This document shows, one piece after another, positions 12,401-24,822 of a stretch of DNA of 64,000 nucleotides (position 1 is the first letter of the stretch; every line of letters begins with the position of its first letter). The DNA is from Octopus sinensis (taxonomy: Eukaryota), in the NCBI RefSeq assembly GCF_006345805.1, contig NC_043018.1, positions 16,802,001 through 16,866,000 on the forward strand, read 5' to 3'. The notes beneath the pieces were generated by a model. The model did not search any database. It saw nothing but the letters and a program-made list of their open reading frames with translations, and was not told the origin of the DNA. The position numbers were made by a program, and so were the translations under genes.

Positions 12401-12700
12401 GATGACTGCCCTCTCGTTACCGAGTATGGCCATTGCACGAAGCTTAACTGTTAATGGTGCTGTGATTGAATGTGACTATTTAGCCCAGCTAAAGATCTAC
12501 AATGTCTTGTACAGAATTGGCAACTAAAACCTTTACTGGCAATAGCCGGCTGTAGTTGTAACTGGGCTTCATGTATCTTTGCATGTCGTTTAAGTTCTCC
12601 TGCCGAATTACACTCTCTTCCACATGCCTGACAGATATGATTAGTATGGTGTGTTACACCACCACCAGTGACCAGGTTGTCACTCATCTGTCTTGCTTTA
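12395..12700 (-). mobile_element. RTE-type LINE 3' end with two C2H2 fingers
   Basis: HICQACGRECNSAGELKRHAKIH and FSCQFCTRHCRSLAGLNSHIQSQH; 3' UTR GGCCATACTCGGTAACGAGAGGGCAGTCATCAT then microsatellite. Confidence 0.75.
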
Positions 12701-13117
12701 TGACATACATACATACATACATACACAAACATAATTCACATCCACTTCTATTGCTATCAAGTTTATACCAACAGTCCTGTGCTTGTTTACGTTTAATCGC
12801 CTTAATCTCTAAAGTTATGATTTATTTATAATTTAAGTAAATTCAAATCATTTCTGGGGAAGACTGAAGTCAACAAATAAAATTGATAAGATTAATGTTC
12901 CGTTTTTTTGTTTTTTTTCTACGGAAACGTTTTGCTGGTCACCAAACGAAAAAACCTTGTTCTTGAATTAATGGAATTTTAAAGGAAAGCCAAACCAGAA
13001 TCAACCAAAAATATGTTTTCGTAGTTCAGAGAATTATAATTTGATATGTTTTTTTTTTTGTGAAATCAAAGTTTTCCAAATCCTCTTTCCTAAAAGTTTG
13101 TAGTAATCTTCTAAGGA

Positions 13118-13153
<36 letters not shown>

Positions 13154-13454
13154 CTGCAGTCATCAGAATAAAGATGATAATACAACATGAGGAATAAGAA
13201 ACAAAAGAGGCAGAAAAATTAAAACCTATTAAAATATGGAATTGGTAAACAAGTTTTCTTGAGCCCATTTCAATGAAAATTATAGAAAGTCATTGCTTTT
13301 TTTTTTACTTCTCACTTTCTAGTCTTAATAACAACAAACGCTACAAAATAATTATTGCAAAGACTTTTTTCAAACCATTTTACTTACGTTTTCTTGGGTT
13401 TTCTCCCCAACTTTCAGCATGTGTCCTGCATCTAAATCAGTAAAGCACGAAGAT

Positions 13455-13845
13455 GGTGGAAGCACTCCGTCGGTTACGACGACGAGGGTTCCGGTTGATC
13501 CGAATCAACGGAACAGCCTGCTCGTGAAATTAACGTGTTAGTGGCTGAGCACTCCACAGACACGTGTACCCTTAACGTAGTTCTCGGGGATATTCAGCGT
13601 GACACAGAGAGTGACAAGGCCGGCCCTTTGAAATACAGGTACAACAGAAACAGGAAGAAAGAGCGAGAGAAAGTTGTGGTGAAAGAGTACAGCAGGGATC
13701 ACCACCATCCCCTGCCGGAGCCTTGTGGAGCTTTTTAGGTGTTTTCGCTCAATAAACACTCACAACGCCCGGTCTGGGAATCGAAATCGCGATCCTACGA
13801 CCGCGAGTCCGCTGCCCTAACCACTGGGCCATTGCGCCTTCACTG
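13455..13845 (-). mobile_element. SINE family B
   Basis: Near-identical to 8941-9320; perfect 12-bp TSD AAGCACGAAGAT (13443-13454, 13846-13857). Confidence 0.92.
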
Positions 13846-14012
13846 AAGCACGAAGATAAGCATAGATTAATACGTATAGAATTTCCAATGCTGCAACTGA
13901 TTTTAAAACACCAACTTCGACTTTACATTTCATTCCAGTTTTTAAAAATATTTATAAATTTTGATCTTGAAGTTATTGCTCAATAATTGATGTTAATATA
14001 CTTTATAAATTA

Positions 14013-14228
14013 AAGGAGGCGCGCTGGCGGAAGCGTTAGCACGCCGGGAAAAATGTCTGGCGGCATTTCGTCCGTCTTTACTATCTGAGTTCAAATTCCA
14101 CCGAGGTCGACTTTGCCTTTCATCCTTTCGGGATCGATCAAATAAGCAACAGTATAGCACTGGGGTTGATGTAATCCACTTGACACCCCGCCCCAAATTT
14201 CAGGCCCTGTGCCTATAACAGAAAGAAA
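14013..14228 (+). mobile_element. SINE family C, tail type 2
   Basis: GAGTTCAAATTCC B-box, GAGGTCGACTTTGCCTTTCATCCTTTCGGG core, AAATTTCAGGCC.TGTGCCTATA tail. Confidence 0.85.
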
Positions 14229-14847
14229 TATTGTATATGAATTATAATATATTATCCTATATAAATCATTGATCAATGTGTTACGTTCTTGAAAGAGTTT
14301 TTTATTACATTATATACATCCACACATCCATCCATCCATCCATCCATCCATCCATCCATCCATCTATACATACATGCATACATACATACATACATACATA
14401 CATACATACATACATACATACATAAATATATACACAAGGTGCAAATATATATACCTGAATGAGCCTAACCAAGTAGTCTCAAACTCATAGAAGTGTCTTC
14501 ACTTTGTTGCTTTGTGAGTGCCCGGCTTGAATACAGCAATGGAAAAATCACAAAACCCAAAGAAGAAGTGTGCATCCATGCATCCATACGTCCATCCGTC
14601 CGTCCGTCCATCCGTCCGTCCATTCATCCATCCATCCATCCATCCACCTGTATACACATGTATGTATATACTTGTATGTATATATGTATGAATAGTTGAG
14701 GCTTGAAAGCAAGCTGTAGCAAATGCAATCCCTACAAGAACAGTCCTTAATTTACGGAAACCAAATTTAAAGTCGGTTGGAACTCATCTAAAGCGGCAGG
14801 TCTCGAAGACATCATTGATGTAGTTATACGGTTGACTGACATCAGTC

Positions 14848-14889
<42 letters not shown>

Positions 14890-14898
14890 ATATATATA

Positions 14899-14936
<38 letters not shown>

Positions 14937-14938
<2 letters not shown>

Positions 14939-15190
14939 CGGGAAGCTTTATGAAAATAAACAAAAGACGAAGGCAGGTGGAAAACAAACGAACAATTGTA
15001 TTAGTATGGCGCTCAGGAAATATAAATAAAACAAGTCTTTAACGTTTCGAGCCTACGCTCTTCAACAGAAAGATACACAGAGAGAGAAAAACACAGAAAG
15101 AAGGAGAGAAAAAAAATGCGTGCAGTAGCTAACGAATCAACATGGCGATCTGATTTCGGCCAGAGGTCAAAGATCAAACATGAGACGCGA
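14937..15190 (-). mobile_element. Penelope-like element terminus adjacent to (TA)n
   Basis: Homologous to 56087-56298; contains a hammerhead-like motif, which PLE termini are known to carry. Confidence 0.65.
15036..15073 (-). ncRNA. Minimal type-I hammerhead-ribozyme-like motif
   Basis: UCUUU-CUGUUGA-A-GAGC(GUAG)GCUC-GAAA-CGU-U-AAAGA: perfect stems I and II, palindromic ACGU stem III; A6>U deviation. Confidence 0.65.
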
Positions 15191-15258
15191 GAGCGAAATA
15201 AGGGGAGATAATAGGGTTGATAAAAGGGTTGAGGGACCAGCTAAAAGTGCGTGGGAGG

Positions 15259-15590
15259 GGTCTGGATGTGTGTATGTATAGGGTTGGTGTATGTATTAGT
15301 ATGTATAAGGGTGTGTGTGTGTGTGTGTGTGTGTGTATGAGAGAGTATTAGTGCGTAGGATTGGTCTGGACGTGCGTATGTATGGGGTTGGTGTATGTAT
15401 TAGTATGTATTAGTACGTATTGGTATGTATAGGTGTGTGTGTGTGTGTGTGAGAGTATAAGTGCGTATGCGGGGTCTGGACGTGTGTATGTATAGGGTTG
15501 GTGTAAGTATTAGTATGTACTAGTATGTATTAGTACGTATTAGTATGTATTAGTTGGTGTGTGTATTAGTATGGCACATCATATATATAT
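15259..15590. repeat. Three degenerate ~105-bp tandem units
   Basis: GGTCTGGA(T/C)GTG..GGGTTGGTGTA.GTATTAGT recurs near 15260, 15363 and 15473. Confidence 0.8.
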
Positions 15591-15889
15591 GCAGGCACCT
15601 ATAATTAATATAGAATGCAATAGTTTTCGTTAGACCAATCATGTTATCTATTGTCAGCACACCACCGGCACCAAATGGTACCAACCCATGAATCAGAGGG
15701 CAAACAGGATTTCGTCAGCTGTTCTGTTGGAGCATTGTGAAGTAATTAACTGATTTTAACCACTGGGCCATTGCGCCTCCACTGATGTTGTTGCTGCTAT
15801 TGTTTCTGTTGTTGCTGCTCTTGTCGTTGTTGTTGTTGTTGTTGTTGTTGTTATTGTGGTGGTTGCTCAGCTCTAAGTCAGCTGTTAAA

Positions 15890-16745
15890 GCAACAGGGAT
15901 ATGAAGGCCTGCAACATCAATATTAGCGGTTGGGAGGCAGTCGCCGGCAACCGTGGAGAATGGCGACGTACAGTAAAAGAGGGAATACAAAAGAGTGACA
16001 GCAACCGTGGAGAATGGTGACGTACAGGAGAAGAGGGAATACAAAAGAGTGACAGCAACCGTGGAGAATGGTGACGTACAGGAGAAGAGGGAATACAAAA
16101 GAGTGACAGCAACCGTGGAGAATGGTGACGTACAGTAAAAGAGGGAATACAAAAGAGTGACAGCAACCGTGGAGAATGGTGACGTACAGGAGAAGAGGGA
16201 ATACAAAAGAGTGACAGCAACCGTGGAGAATGGTGACGTACAGTAAAAGAGGGAATACAAAAGAGTGACAGCAACCGTGGAGAATGGTGACGTACAGTAA
16301 AAGAGGGAATACAAAAGAGTGACAGCACCGTGGAGAATGGTGACGTACAGTAAAAGAGGAATACAAAAGAGTGACAGCAACCGTGGAGAATGGTGACGTA
16401 CAGGAGAAGAGGGAATACAAAAGAGTGACAGCAACCGTGGAGAATGGTGACGTACAGTAAAAGAGGGAATACAAAAGAGTGACAGAGGGAGAGAGGAGAA
16501 ATGGAAAGAAAGGAAGAGACGTAAACAAGAGACTATGGCACTACAACCAGCCAGGAACAGTCTTCGCTACATTTGCGGTACCTGCCAGAGGGAGTGTTTG
16601 TCCAGGATAGGACTACACAGCCACAGCAGGAAATGTATCAGGACATGAAATATAAAAGCCGGACTAGACTGCAAAAAAAAAAAAAAAAAAAATGCGCAAC
16701 TCCATTGTCTCCCGAGACAGAAAAGATGCCAATACAAATTATCAT
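15890..16745 (+). mobile_element. RTE-type LINE C-terminal fragment containing a minisatellite
   Basis: RDMKACNINISGWEAVAGNRGEWRRTVKEG ... EKWKERKRRKQE ... YICGTCQRECLSRIGLHSHSRKC*, a classic RTE C-terminus. Confidence 0.85.
15948..16483. repeat. 54-bp minisatellite, ~10 copies
   Basis: Unit GCAACCGTGGAGAATGGTGACGTACAG(GAG/TAA)AAGAGGGAATACAAAAGAGTGACA; no spacers. Confidence 0.97.
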
Positions 16746-18139
16746 GGTCCTATCATCCTAGCAGCAGCATTATCCATCAAATCGCTTCGGTTGAATTCAA
16801 CGACTACATTCTCTCGAGTGTTCTTCCTTATTCCATAGCCGGTCACCACTTTTTATAGCCGCGTTTTGTTACCATTTGTGTAACACTATTTTTATGTTTC
16901 CTATTTGGAAATAGATATTAAATATATTTTACTTTTGATGTAGGAATATATATTGATAAAACCCGTCACATATAACTTACTTATAAGTTTTATCATTATA
17001 CTTAAGTCCTAACTCCAGCTACATAAACGCCATAAGCGAGAAATATATACTCTGAAACGCCAACGGACATTTTATGCTTGTATGTATGTTGAAGATAAAT
17101 AAATTCGAGTTCTTTTAATCGCTATAAAAATACACAGTTTCATAATTGCAGAAATAAATTTCAAAAACAAGTTGAAGAACGTGAAGAAAGAGAAAATAAT
17201 TGCTACATTATTTTATTTAAGTACATTTATCATTTATAGTACAATTAGAAAGTAAAGTCATTTTGTCCTAGAGAGTTACGACTTAAAATTCACACTAGCT
17301 AATCCTTAGAGCTTACAACAATTCAAATAAGTCTTGATGGATTTTTATCATAGAAATGGCATAAAAAATAACCAATATCTCAAGGAGTGAGTGTCGTGGA
17401 GTTTAGTAATATCCAAGGAGGAATTACAATGAGTAATTTCCCCCAAATCAGGGTTTTAATAACTGCTCATATCCGAATTCTAAGAACCGTATTTCATGAA
17501 ACTTTTCTGTGACGCAAGTTTAGAATTCGTATATGGGCTGTAATTTTAACCAATAAGATACCAACAATTATACTTGTTCGGGCGAACGAACATTACGTCA
17601 TATTGCCACCTTTTATGACTTGCTACAGTTATATTAAATTGTGCTAGGGATCTTATTCTGAGAAAGCTTTGACTGTTATTTCTAGCAGGTGGAACAACCA
17701 AAGCGAAGTATCCGTCGTTGAACAGTTGAGTATCGCTATGCAAGGGCTCAACTTCTCCATTGTTTCTCTCATATAATCTTCAAGAACGTGTTTCAAAGCA
17801 AAGCTAACGAAAACATTGAAAATTTATGGACGGTGTCGAGACTTTCAGATAGCTTTATAATACGTAGAGCAATAATCTGCACCAACTTCGTCACATGACA
17901 ACTGACTAAACACTGAGTAACGTCGTAGTTAGGAACAGTCTGCATTACTCTGCGCAAATAGTAATGGTTCTCATATCTATTACATGAGTTAGAATATTTT
18001 ATACTATGTAACTTAGTATTGCCATAGCTACAAAATTTGTCTCTATGCTGTATATTTCATTGTAACATGTAATATTGTCATATCTTACATAGTAAGCGTG
18101 AAAAATTAATACTGTCATTAATTATGTGAGGTATATTTG

Positions 18140-18310
18140 CCATCTCAATATGGCTAACCACTAAGGGTGGATGTTACTGTAGCTTGTAGCCCCAGGAGAA
18201 CATCTCCTCCAGCTGGCTATAGGCACACTGTCTGTGCCCTATCTTTTTATGCAAAGGGAGGTCATCCTTCCCTCGCCAACCTAAGTGATACGCACGGACT
18301 GCAGTTTCTG
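18140..18310 (-). mobile_element. Dispersed repeat family H
   Basis: Reverse complement of 38290-38465. Confidence 0.65.
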
Positions 18311-18414
18311 GGTATTGACCCGTCATCAGCGCACGACAATCACCGGTTTTCGATGAAAGGAGTCCCAATGCAAATATCTCGTTCATAGATATATTATTGT
18401 CATTAATCAAATAT

Positions 18415-18610
18415 ATACCTATTTCTTTACTACCCACAAGGGGCTAAACACAGAGGGGACAAACAAGGACAGACAAACGGATTAAGTCGATTATATCGAC
18501 CCCAGTGCGTAACTGGTACTTAATTTATCGACCCCGAAAGGATGAAAGGCAAAGTCGACCTCGGTGGAATTTGAACTCAGAACGTAACGGCAGAGGAAAT
18601 ACCGCTAATA
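18415..18610 (-). mobile_element. SINE family C, tail type 1
   Basis: Core and CCCCTTGTGGGTAGTAAAGAAATAGG tail. Confidence 0.85.
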
Positions 18611-19332
18611 GAGGGGTGTGAATACAGTTATATCTTTGAATGCAGTACGGATAAGGAATTAGCTTATCTACCATATCTGTGCAGAGCATTTTCAGTAGTC
18701 TTATATTTGGCAAAAGTCTATATAGCGTCATTATAGCTATAAACGTATCAGGGATGTTTTATGACGATAAGCAATAACTGTTTACTACCGCCATAGCTAT
18801 GATAGAAATCTGGATAAATTTTAAAACTAAGAATAGTTATTCTGGGAATAGTTATCTATGATAGTTGCCTAAATACTATGTAAGATTACAAGCATAAGTT
18901 AGTTAATGAGACCAGATCCAATGGCGATGTCTAAATAATTTAGACTACAAACCATAAATAATTAATACCATGCTATCTATGATAATAAAATAAATGATAA
19001 TGTTATATATGTTCGTTGATTTACTGTCATAAATACGATAATAATTTCGCTATGAAGATGGTCATAATCTAATAACTGAAACAAGTAAAAGATTAAAAGA
19101 TCAAACGGTTAAGATAATATATAATAAATAGTTACTCCTGTCATGTCTATGTTAATAGTCTAAATACACTATAAGACTATGAACTTTGGATAATTAATAC
19201 TGTGATATCTGTAATGAGATTCTCGATTCTAAGACGACGTTTACTAAATAGCTAACAATATCATATTTCGATGACAATAGTCTAAATATTGTTCAACGTA
19301 CAACAAATAATAAATCCTATTTCTCTCTTTTT

Positions 19333-19661
19333 CTCTTTTACTTGTTTCAGTCATTTGACTGCGGCCATGCTGGAGCACCACCTTTAATCGAGCAACTCGA
19401 CCCCGAGACTTATTCTTTTGTAAGCCCAGTACTTATTCTATCGGTTTCTTTTTGCCGAACTGCTAAGTAACAGGGACATAAACACATCAGCATCGGTTGT
19501 CAAGCAATGCTAGGGGGACAAACACACTCACACAAACACACACACGTATATATATATATATATATATACATATATACGACGGGCTTCTTTCAGTTTCCGT
19601 CTACCAAATCCACTCACAAGGCTTTGGTCGGCCCGAGGCTATAGTAGAAGACACTTGCCCA
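19333..19661 (-). mobile_element. SINE family A, 5'-truncated
   Basis: Reverse complement of the body and tail of 8215-8643; tRNA head absent. Confidence 0.85.
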
Positions 19662-20256
19662 GATAGCATTAAACCAGCACTTCTAGGGGTAGGGATTAGT
19701 CAGTTACGTCTGTCCCAGCACTTAGTTGGTACTTTATATTTTAGCGGTCGCCCCCACCCAATCCAAAGATGAAAAGCAAAGTCGACCTCGGCGGACTTTT
19801 AAGCTCTGATCACGAAGAGGCGAAAATAAAGGCGCTGAGCATTTTTGACCGGCATCCAAACACGATTCTACCTCCTGGCCGGCTTTTTAAAATTATTTTT
19901 TCTAACCTTGACACAAACCCAACAATTTGGACGGGAGCGGGGCCGGTCGATTACATCGATCCTCGTGCTTGATTGAGGGACAGAAAAGCAAAGATGACCG
20001 CGATGGGATTTGAACTCGGAATGAAGAAGACGGACGAAATGCTGCCAAACATTTCCACAACCTAAAAAGTTCCTCATCCATCCCTCATTATTTCCACACT
20101 CCTCTACTTCCCTGCTAGTCTGCCTCCTGTGCCACCTCCTCTTCTTCCCAATAGTGATGATGCTACTGGTGATGATGATGATGATAATGACAGTGATAAC
20201 AATAGCGGTAATGCTCATAATGCTGCTGCTTCTGATGCTGATGACGATACTTAATG

Positions 20257-20287
<31 letters not shown>

Positions 20288-20435
20288 GCTGTCGCTATTG
20301 CTGCTATTACTACTGCTACTACTTGTTCTCTATCTTGTTTTCAGCTTGCAGTTTAGTTATAGATATCTTGATATCGATGACGACAATAATGATGACGATG
20401 CTGCTGCTGCTGCTGTTTCTGCTGCTGTTTCTGCT

Positions 20436-20481
<46 letters not shown>

Positions 20482-20619
20482 GTATTGATGATAATTATGA
20501 TGTCATCGCTGATGACGCTTCTACTCTGAACTTCCAACAGTGTCAATAAAATTATATATGAAAGGATCGCTGAGCCAACATGAAACGATGACGCAAATGT
20601 TTCTTTACGTCACACTGAC

Positions 20620-20630
20620 ACATACGTAAA

Positions 20631-20677
<47 letters not shown>

Positions 20678-21519
20678 GCATGCATAGATACACGCAAACA
20701 CACACACACACATACACACACACACGTACTATACTTATATATGTGGATGCACTCACAGATGCATGTATGTATGTGGGCATAGATGCTATGTATGTAGAAG
20801 CATGCATCGTGCAACATACACGTACACAAACGTATATAAAATATACGTATATTGTATGTATATGTGTGTGTTGTGCGTGTGTGTACGCCCGCGTAGAAAC
20901 GCATTCCCATGCACGCACAATGCGACAAAGGCACGTGCACACAGGTGCGCAAGCACACACAGGTGGGCAGGCACACACATAGCATATGGGCGTGTGTGCA
21001 TGTGCACTCATGTGTGGGTATGTGCATACATCTATGTGTGTGTGCGTGCAAGTGTGTGTGCGTGCAAGTGTGTGTGCGTGCAGGTGTGTGTGTGCGTGCA
21101 TTTGTGTGCGCGTATGTTTGCATTTGCATGTGCATACATGTGTGTGTGTGCGTGCAAGTGTGTGTGCGTATGTGAAAGTGTGTGTGCGTGCATGTGTGTG
21201 TGTGCGTGCATGTGTGTGTGTGCATGCTTATGCGTGCGAGCGTGCGTGTATGTGTAAGTGTGTGTCTGCGTGTATGTTTGTGTGTGTGTGTGTGTGCGTG
21301 CATGTGTGTGTGTGCGTGTGTGTGCATGTGCATACATGTATGTGTGCGTGCGTGCAAGTATGTATGCGTATGTGTGTGTGTGCGTGCATGTGCGTGCGAG
21401 TGTGTGTGCATGCCTATGCGTGCCAGCGTGCGTGTATGTGTAAGTGTGTGTCTGCGTGTATGTGTGTGTACGTGTAAGTGTGTGTGTGTGTGTGTGTGCG
21501 TGTATGTGTGTGTACGTGT

Positions 21520-21556
<37 letters not shown>

Positions 21557-21580
21557 TGTAAGTGTGTGTGTGTGTGTGTA
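20620..21580. repeat. ~1-kb cryptic alternating purine-pyrimidine (GT/GC/AT) tract
   Basis: Direct; source of the VC and HT ORFs. Confidence 0.9.
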
Positions 21581-21995
21581 CAGCAGCATGCAGCATGCAA
21601 CAGGCACGCAGTACAACTACATTCGGTGTCCGTATAAACATACATTGCTATTTATATTTTGCATCTTCCAACTATATTAGACACACTGTACGGCTCACAG
21701 ACACACACACACATACACACAAGCTTTCATCACATACGTTATAGCAGTGACTGATTCTCTATGTGGTCACACCCGATGCTAGAAATAGCAGGAGTTTATC
21801 ACTGGAATCACACCCAACCGTCATAGAAACGAAATTAATACGCTGGATGCTGCGGTTGTAGATGTCCTAAAAATGACAGAATGGACCACAGCCGGAATGT
21901 TTAGTTTGATAACAGGTCTGCGTGACCAACACAAAGAGGACTCAGGGTTAGACAACCCCAGGAATTCTGCACATACACAAAGACTGCTTATGTGC

Positions 21996-22049
<54 letters not shown>

Positions 22050-22074
22050 TGTGTGTGTGTGTGTGTTTATGTTT

Positions 22075-22108
<34 letters not shown>

Positions 22109-22113
22109 TGTGT

Positions 22114-22153
<40 letters not shown>

Positions 22154-22724
22154 ACCATACATTTATTTATTTTTCAATACAAATTTACAAACGTCGTCAT
22201 CCCTGCGATAATACTTCCTCCCGCAACAAAGAGTGACAGATGGAAGCCTTCATTAAACTTTTCGCATTTCTGGTTGCTGCTATCTCTAGCACGATAATGA
22301 GGTCATATGATAACTACATCATGACCCTGCAGCAGTACCTTCAAAATAGTCCTGCTGAACACACCACCACCACTACCACCACCACCACCACCACCACCAG
22401 CAGCACTACTTTTACCATCACCAGTAACACTACCATCACCAACGCATTGGTACACGATCGATTCAGTGACAACTCTAGTAACATCACCTACAACACTACC
22501 ATAGCAACTGGTCCACCATCACCGTCACCACCATCACCTTCACCACCATCACCCCCACTACCATCACTTACCATCACCATTGACGCTAGCAACTGTTTAA
22601 CCATTCCTTTGTTGTCAAAACACCGGCGTCACCGCCCCAACTACTATCAACACCGGCACCCTCCCCCAGTTCTCTTCACCCCCACACACCCAAACAAAAG
22701 TCAACGACAGAGTCTCTCCTTTGT

Positions 22725-22915
22725 TTAATGCCATGCTGGAAATAGGAGTCAAATTTTCTACATACCCACAGACATCCTAATGTCTTCAAAGTGCACACAA
22801 ATCAATGTAGTCCGGGTGACACAGTCTCTGAAAAAAGCAGGAAGGTCATGGTTGGAATACATTTTTTAAAGATAAGCGCTCGAGCCGAGATGATTTGGAG
22901 CCAAGCAACACCCTA
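22725..22915 (-). mobile_element. Old dispersed repeat, family G
   Basis: Similarity to 4160-4330 and 7595-7745. Confidence 0.4.
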
Positions 22916-23274
22916 ATGGCGGAATGTCTAAGCTGTTGTCTGACCTGCAAGAAATAGCGGACAATTTTCCCTTGAATTATACTCTAACTTCTTAAACAAA
23001 GGAAGGAGGCAGTCCTAGTATATCATCTCTGAACAGCAGACGGAGTGGTCATTGCTGGAAGTCCTTTGATTATTGTTCTGCTCAATCAAGTCTGACACCA
23101 AGCCCAATGATGCTGTTAAAAGTGCTAAAGTATGGTGACATAGCAACGCTCACCTTATGACCTCAGCAAGGGCGGTGAAATGGAGGCTTTGCTGAGAAAA
23201 TCTGATAAGTGCGAAACGCATTCACAGTTGTCTTTCCTGGTTGCCGAAAAGTTTAAATTAATATAGTTTTCAAA

Positions 23275-23480
23275 TTTTGGCACAAGGCCAGAAATTCAGT
23301 GGTAGAGGCTAAGTCGATTACATCGACCCAGTAGTTAACTGGTACTAATCAACTGGGATTTAATTTCTAGACCCCGAAAGTATGAAAAGCAAATTGGCCT
23401 CGGCAGAATCTCCACTTAGAACGTAAAGACGGAAGAAACACCGCTAAGCCTTTTGTCCGGCATGCTACGATTCTGCCAGC
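23275..23480 (-). mobile_element. SINE family C, diverged
   Basis: Core motifs recognisable. Confidence 0.7.
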
Positions 23481-24066
23481 CACTGCCCTATATGATTAAA
23501 TTAATAATTGACCGGGAACTAAAGGGTTCTCTCCATACAGCATTTATATTTATAATTAAAATTTGGATGATATGGATTAAATGGGTTCATCCCTAATTAG
23601 CTAATGATCTTCGTGCAGATGTCATTTTTTGATTCTAAAGATGAGAAGACGAGCAACATCGGAGAAAGAAAATCTGAAATCCACTGGAAATAAAGAGAAT
23701 ATAGAAAGAGCGAAGGGGATACGCTGTTTGACAGTGTAACAGGAATATAGCTTGTTCAGGGGAAGGGAAATTGTCTTCTTAATGACATGGAAGAGAGGGA
23801 GAGAAAGAGATAAGTTTCTTTATTGGCCACACAGGGCTGCACACAGATGGGACAAGTTACAAGGTAGAGCTTTTCTTTTGGGGGATGAAAAAGCAAAAAA
23901 CAAAAGAAACAAAAAAAGGGGTGGCGTAGGTTTTCGATCAAGAGGGATCGTAAAAGGGAAAAAAAGAACAAAAAGAATAAAATAAAAAATAAAAAAATTA
24001 AAATTAAAAAAAAGAAGAAAAGGAACAAAAGAAAAGAGAAATGAAAAAAGAAGAAAAAAGGGGAAG

Positions 24067-24187
<121 letters not shown>

Positions 24188-24521
24188 AGGGCGGGGTTAC
24201 GTTTAGGTGAATTATATTTTCTGAAAAATATGTTAATAACCAATAACTACCAGAATGTCGATCGTATTTAAGGAATGGAGTAGAGTGGCAGCAATTTAGC
24301 TGATATGAAAGATTTAATTAATGATGAAGGAAGTTTCTCTTTGCGATGGAGAATTGCCAATGTAACACCTGTTCAAAAACATTTGATAAGGTGTGGCGCC
24401 TTAATATATATTCTTTATTTCTTAGACGAACTGCGGCCATGTTCAAACACCGTCAAAACCTTTGAGTTTTGGTTTAGTTGTCCAGATGGACCCTAAATGT
24501 TTAAACGTTTACAATATATAC

Positions 24522-24822
24522 TCATCATCATCATCATTGTTCGACCGTGGTCGAGACAATGGAATTTACCATGCTACGCCAGACTTCACAGTCCATCATG
24601 GCATTACGGAGGTCCTGTTGTTGGATGCCTGTATCCCTGGAGGTTACATCAGAGTAGGAGAGTGTGCGCCCTCTGGTATTGCGAGTAGATGTCTTCCAGA
24701 GGAGAAGAGTAGAAATTACCTCTTTTTCAGCTCTACAACAATGTCCAGCAAACTGGACTCTCCTACCTTTCACAAGAGATGACACAGGTGGTAGTTTCCC
24801 AATCTCATGTAAAAGTCGACCC
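24522..24822 (-). mobile_element. RTE-like LINE 3' fragment with (TGA)n tail
   Basis: GKLPPVSSLVKGRRVQFAGHCCR...RGRTLSYSDV..RDTG...LRNAMMDCEVWR; ends in (TGA)n. Confidence 0.8.

Noticed and set aside
15948-16483. CRISPR-like array
   Set aside because: Contiguous units with no unique spacers, no cas genes, eukaryotic context.
17468-17535. 16-bp inverted repeat (15/16)
   Set aside because: Possibly a tiny MITE relic, but too short to classify.
18720-19310. Degenerate CTATGA-rich AT tract
   Set aside because: No consistent period discernible by eye.
22240-22728. 162-aa ORF with signal-peptide-like start and Thr/Pro-rich body
   Set aside because: Length comes from (ACC)n repeats; no independent coding evidence.
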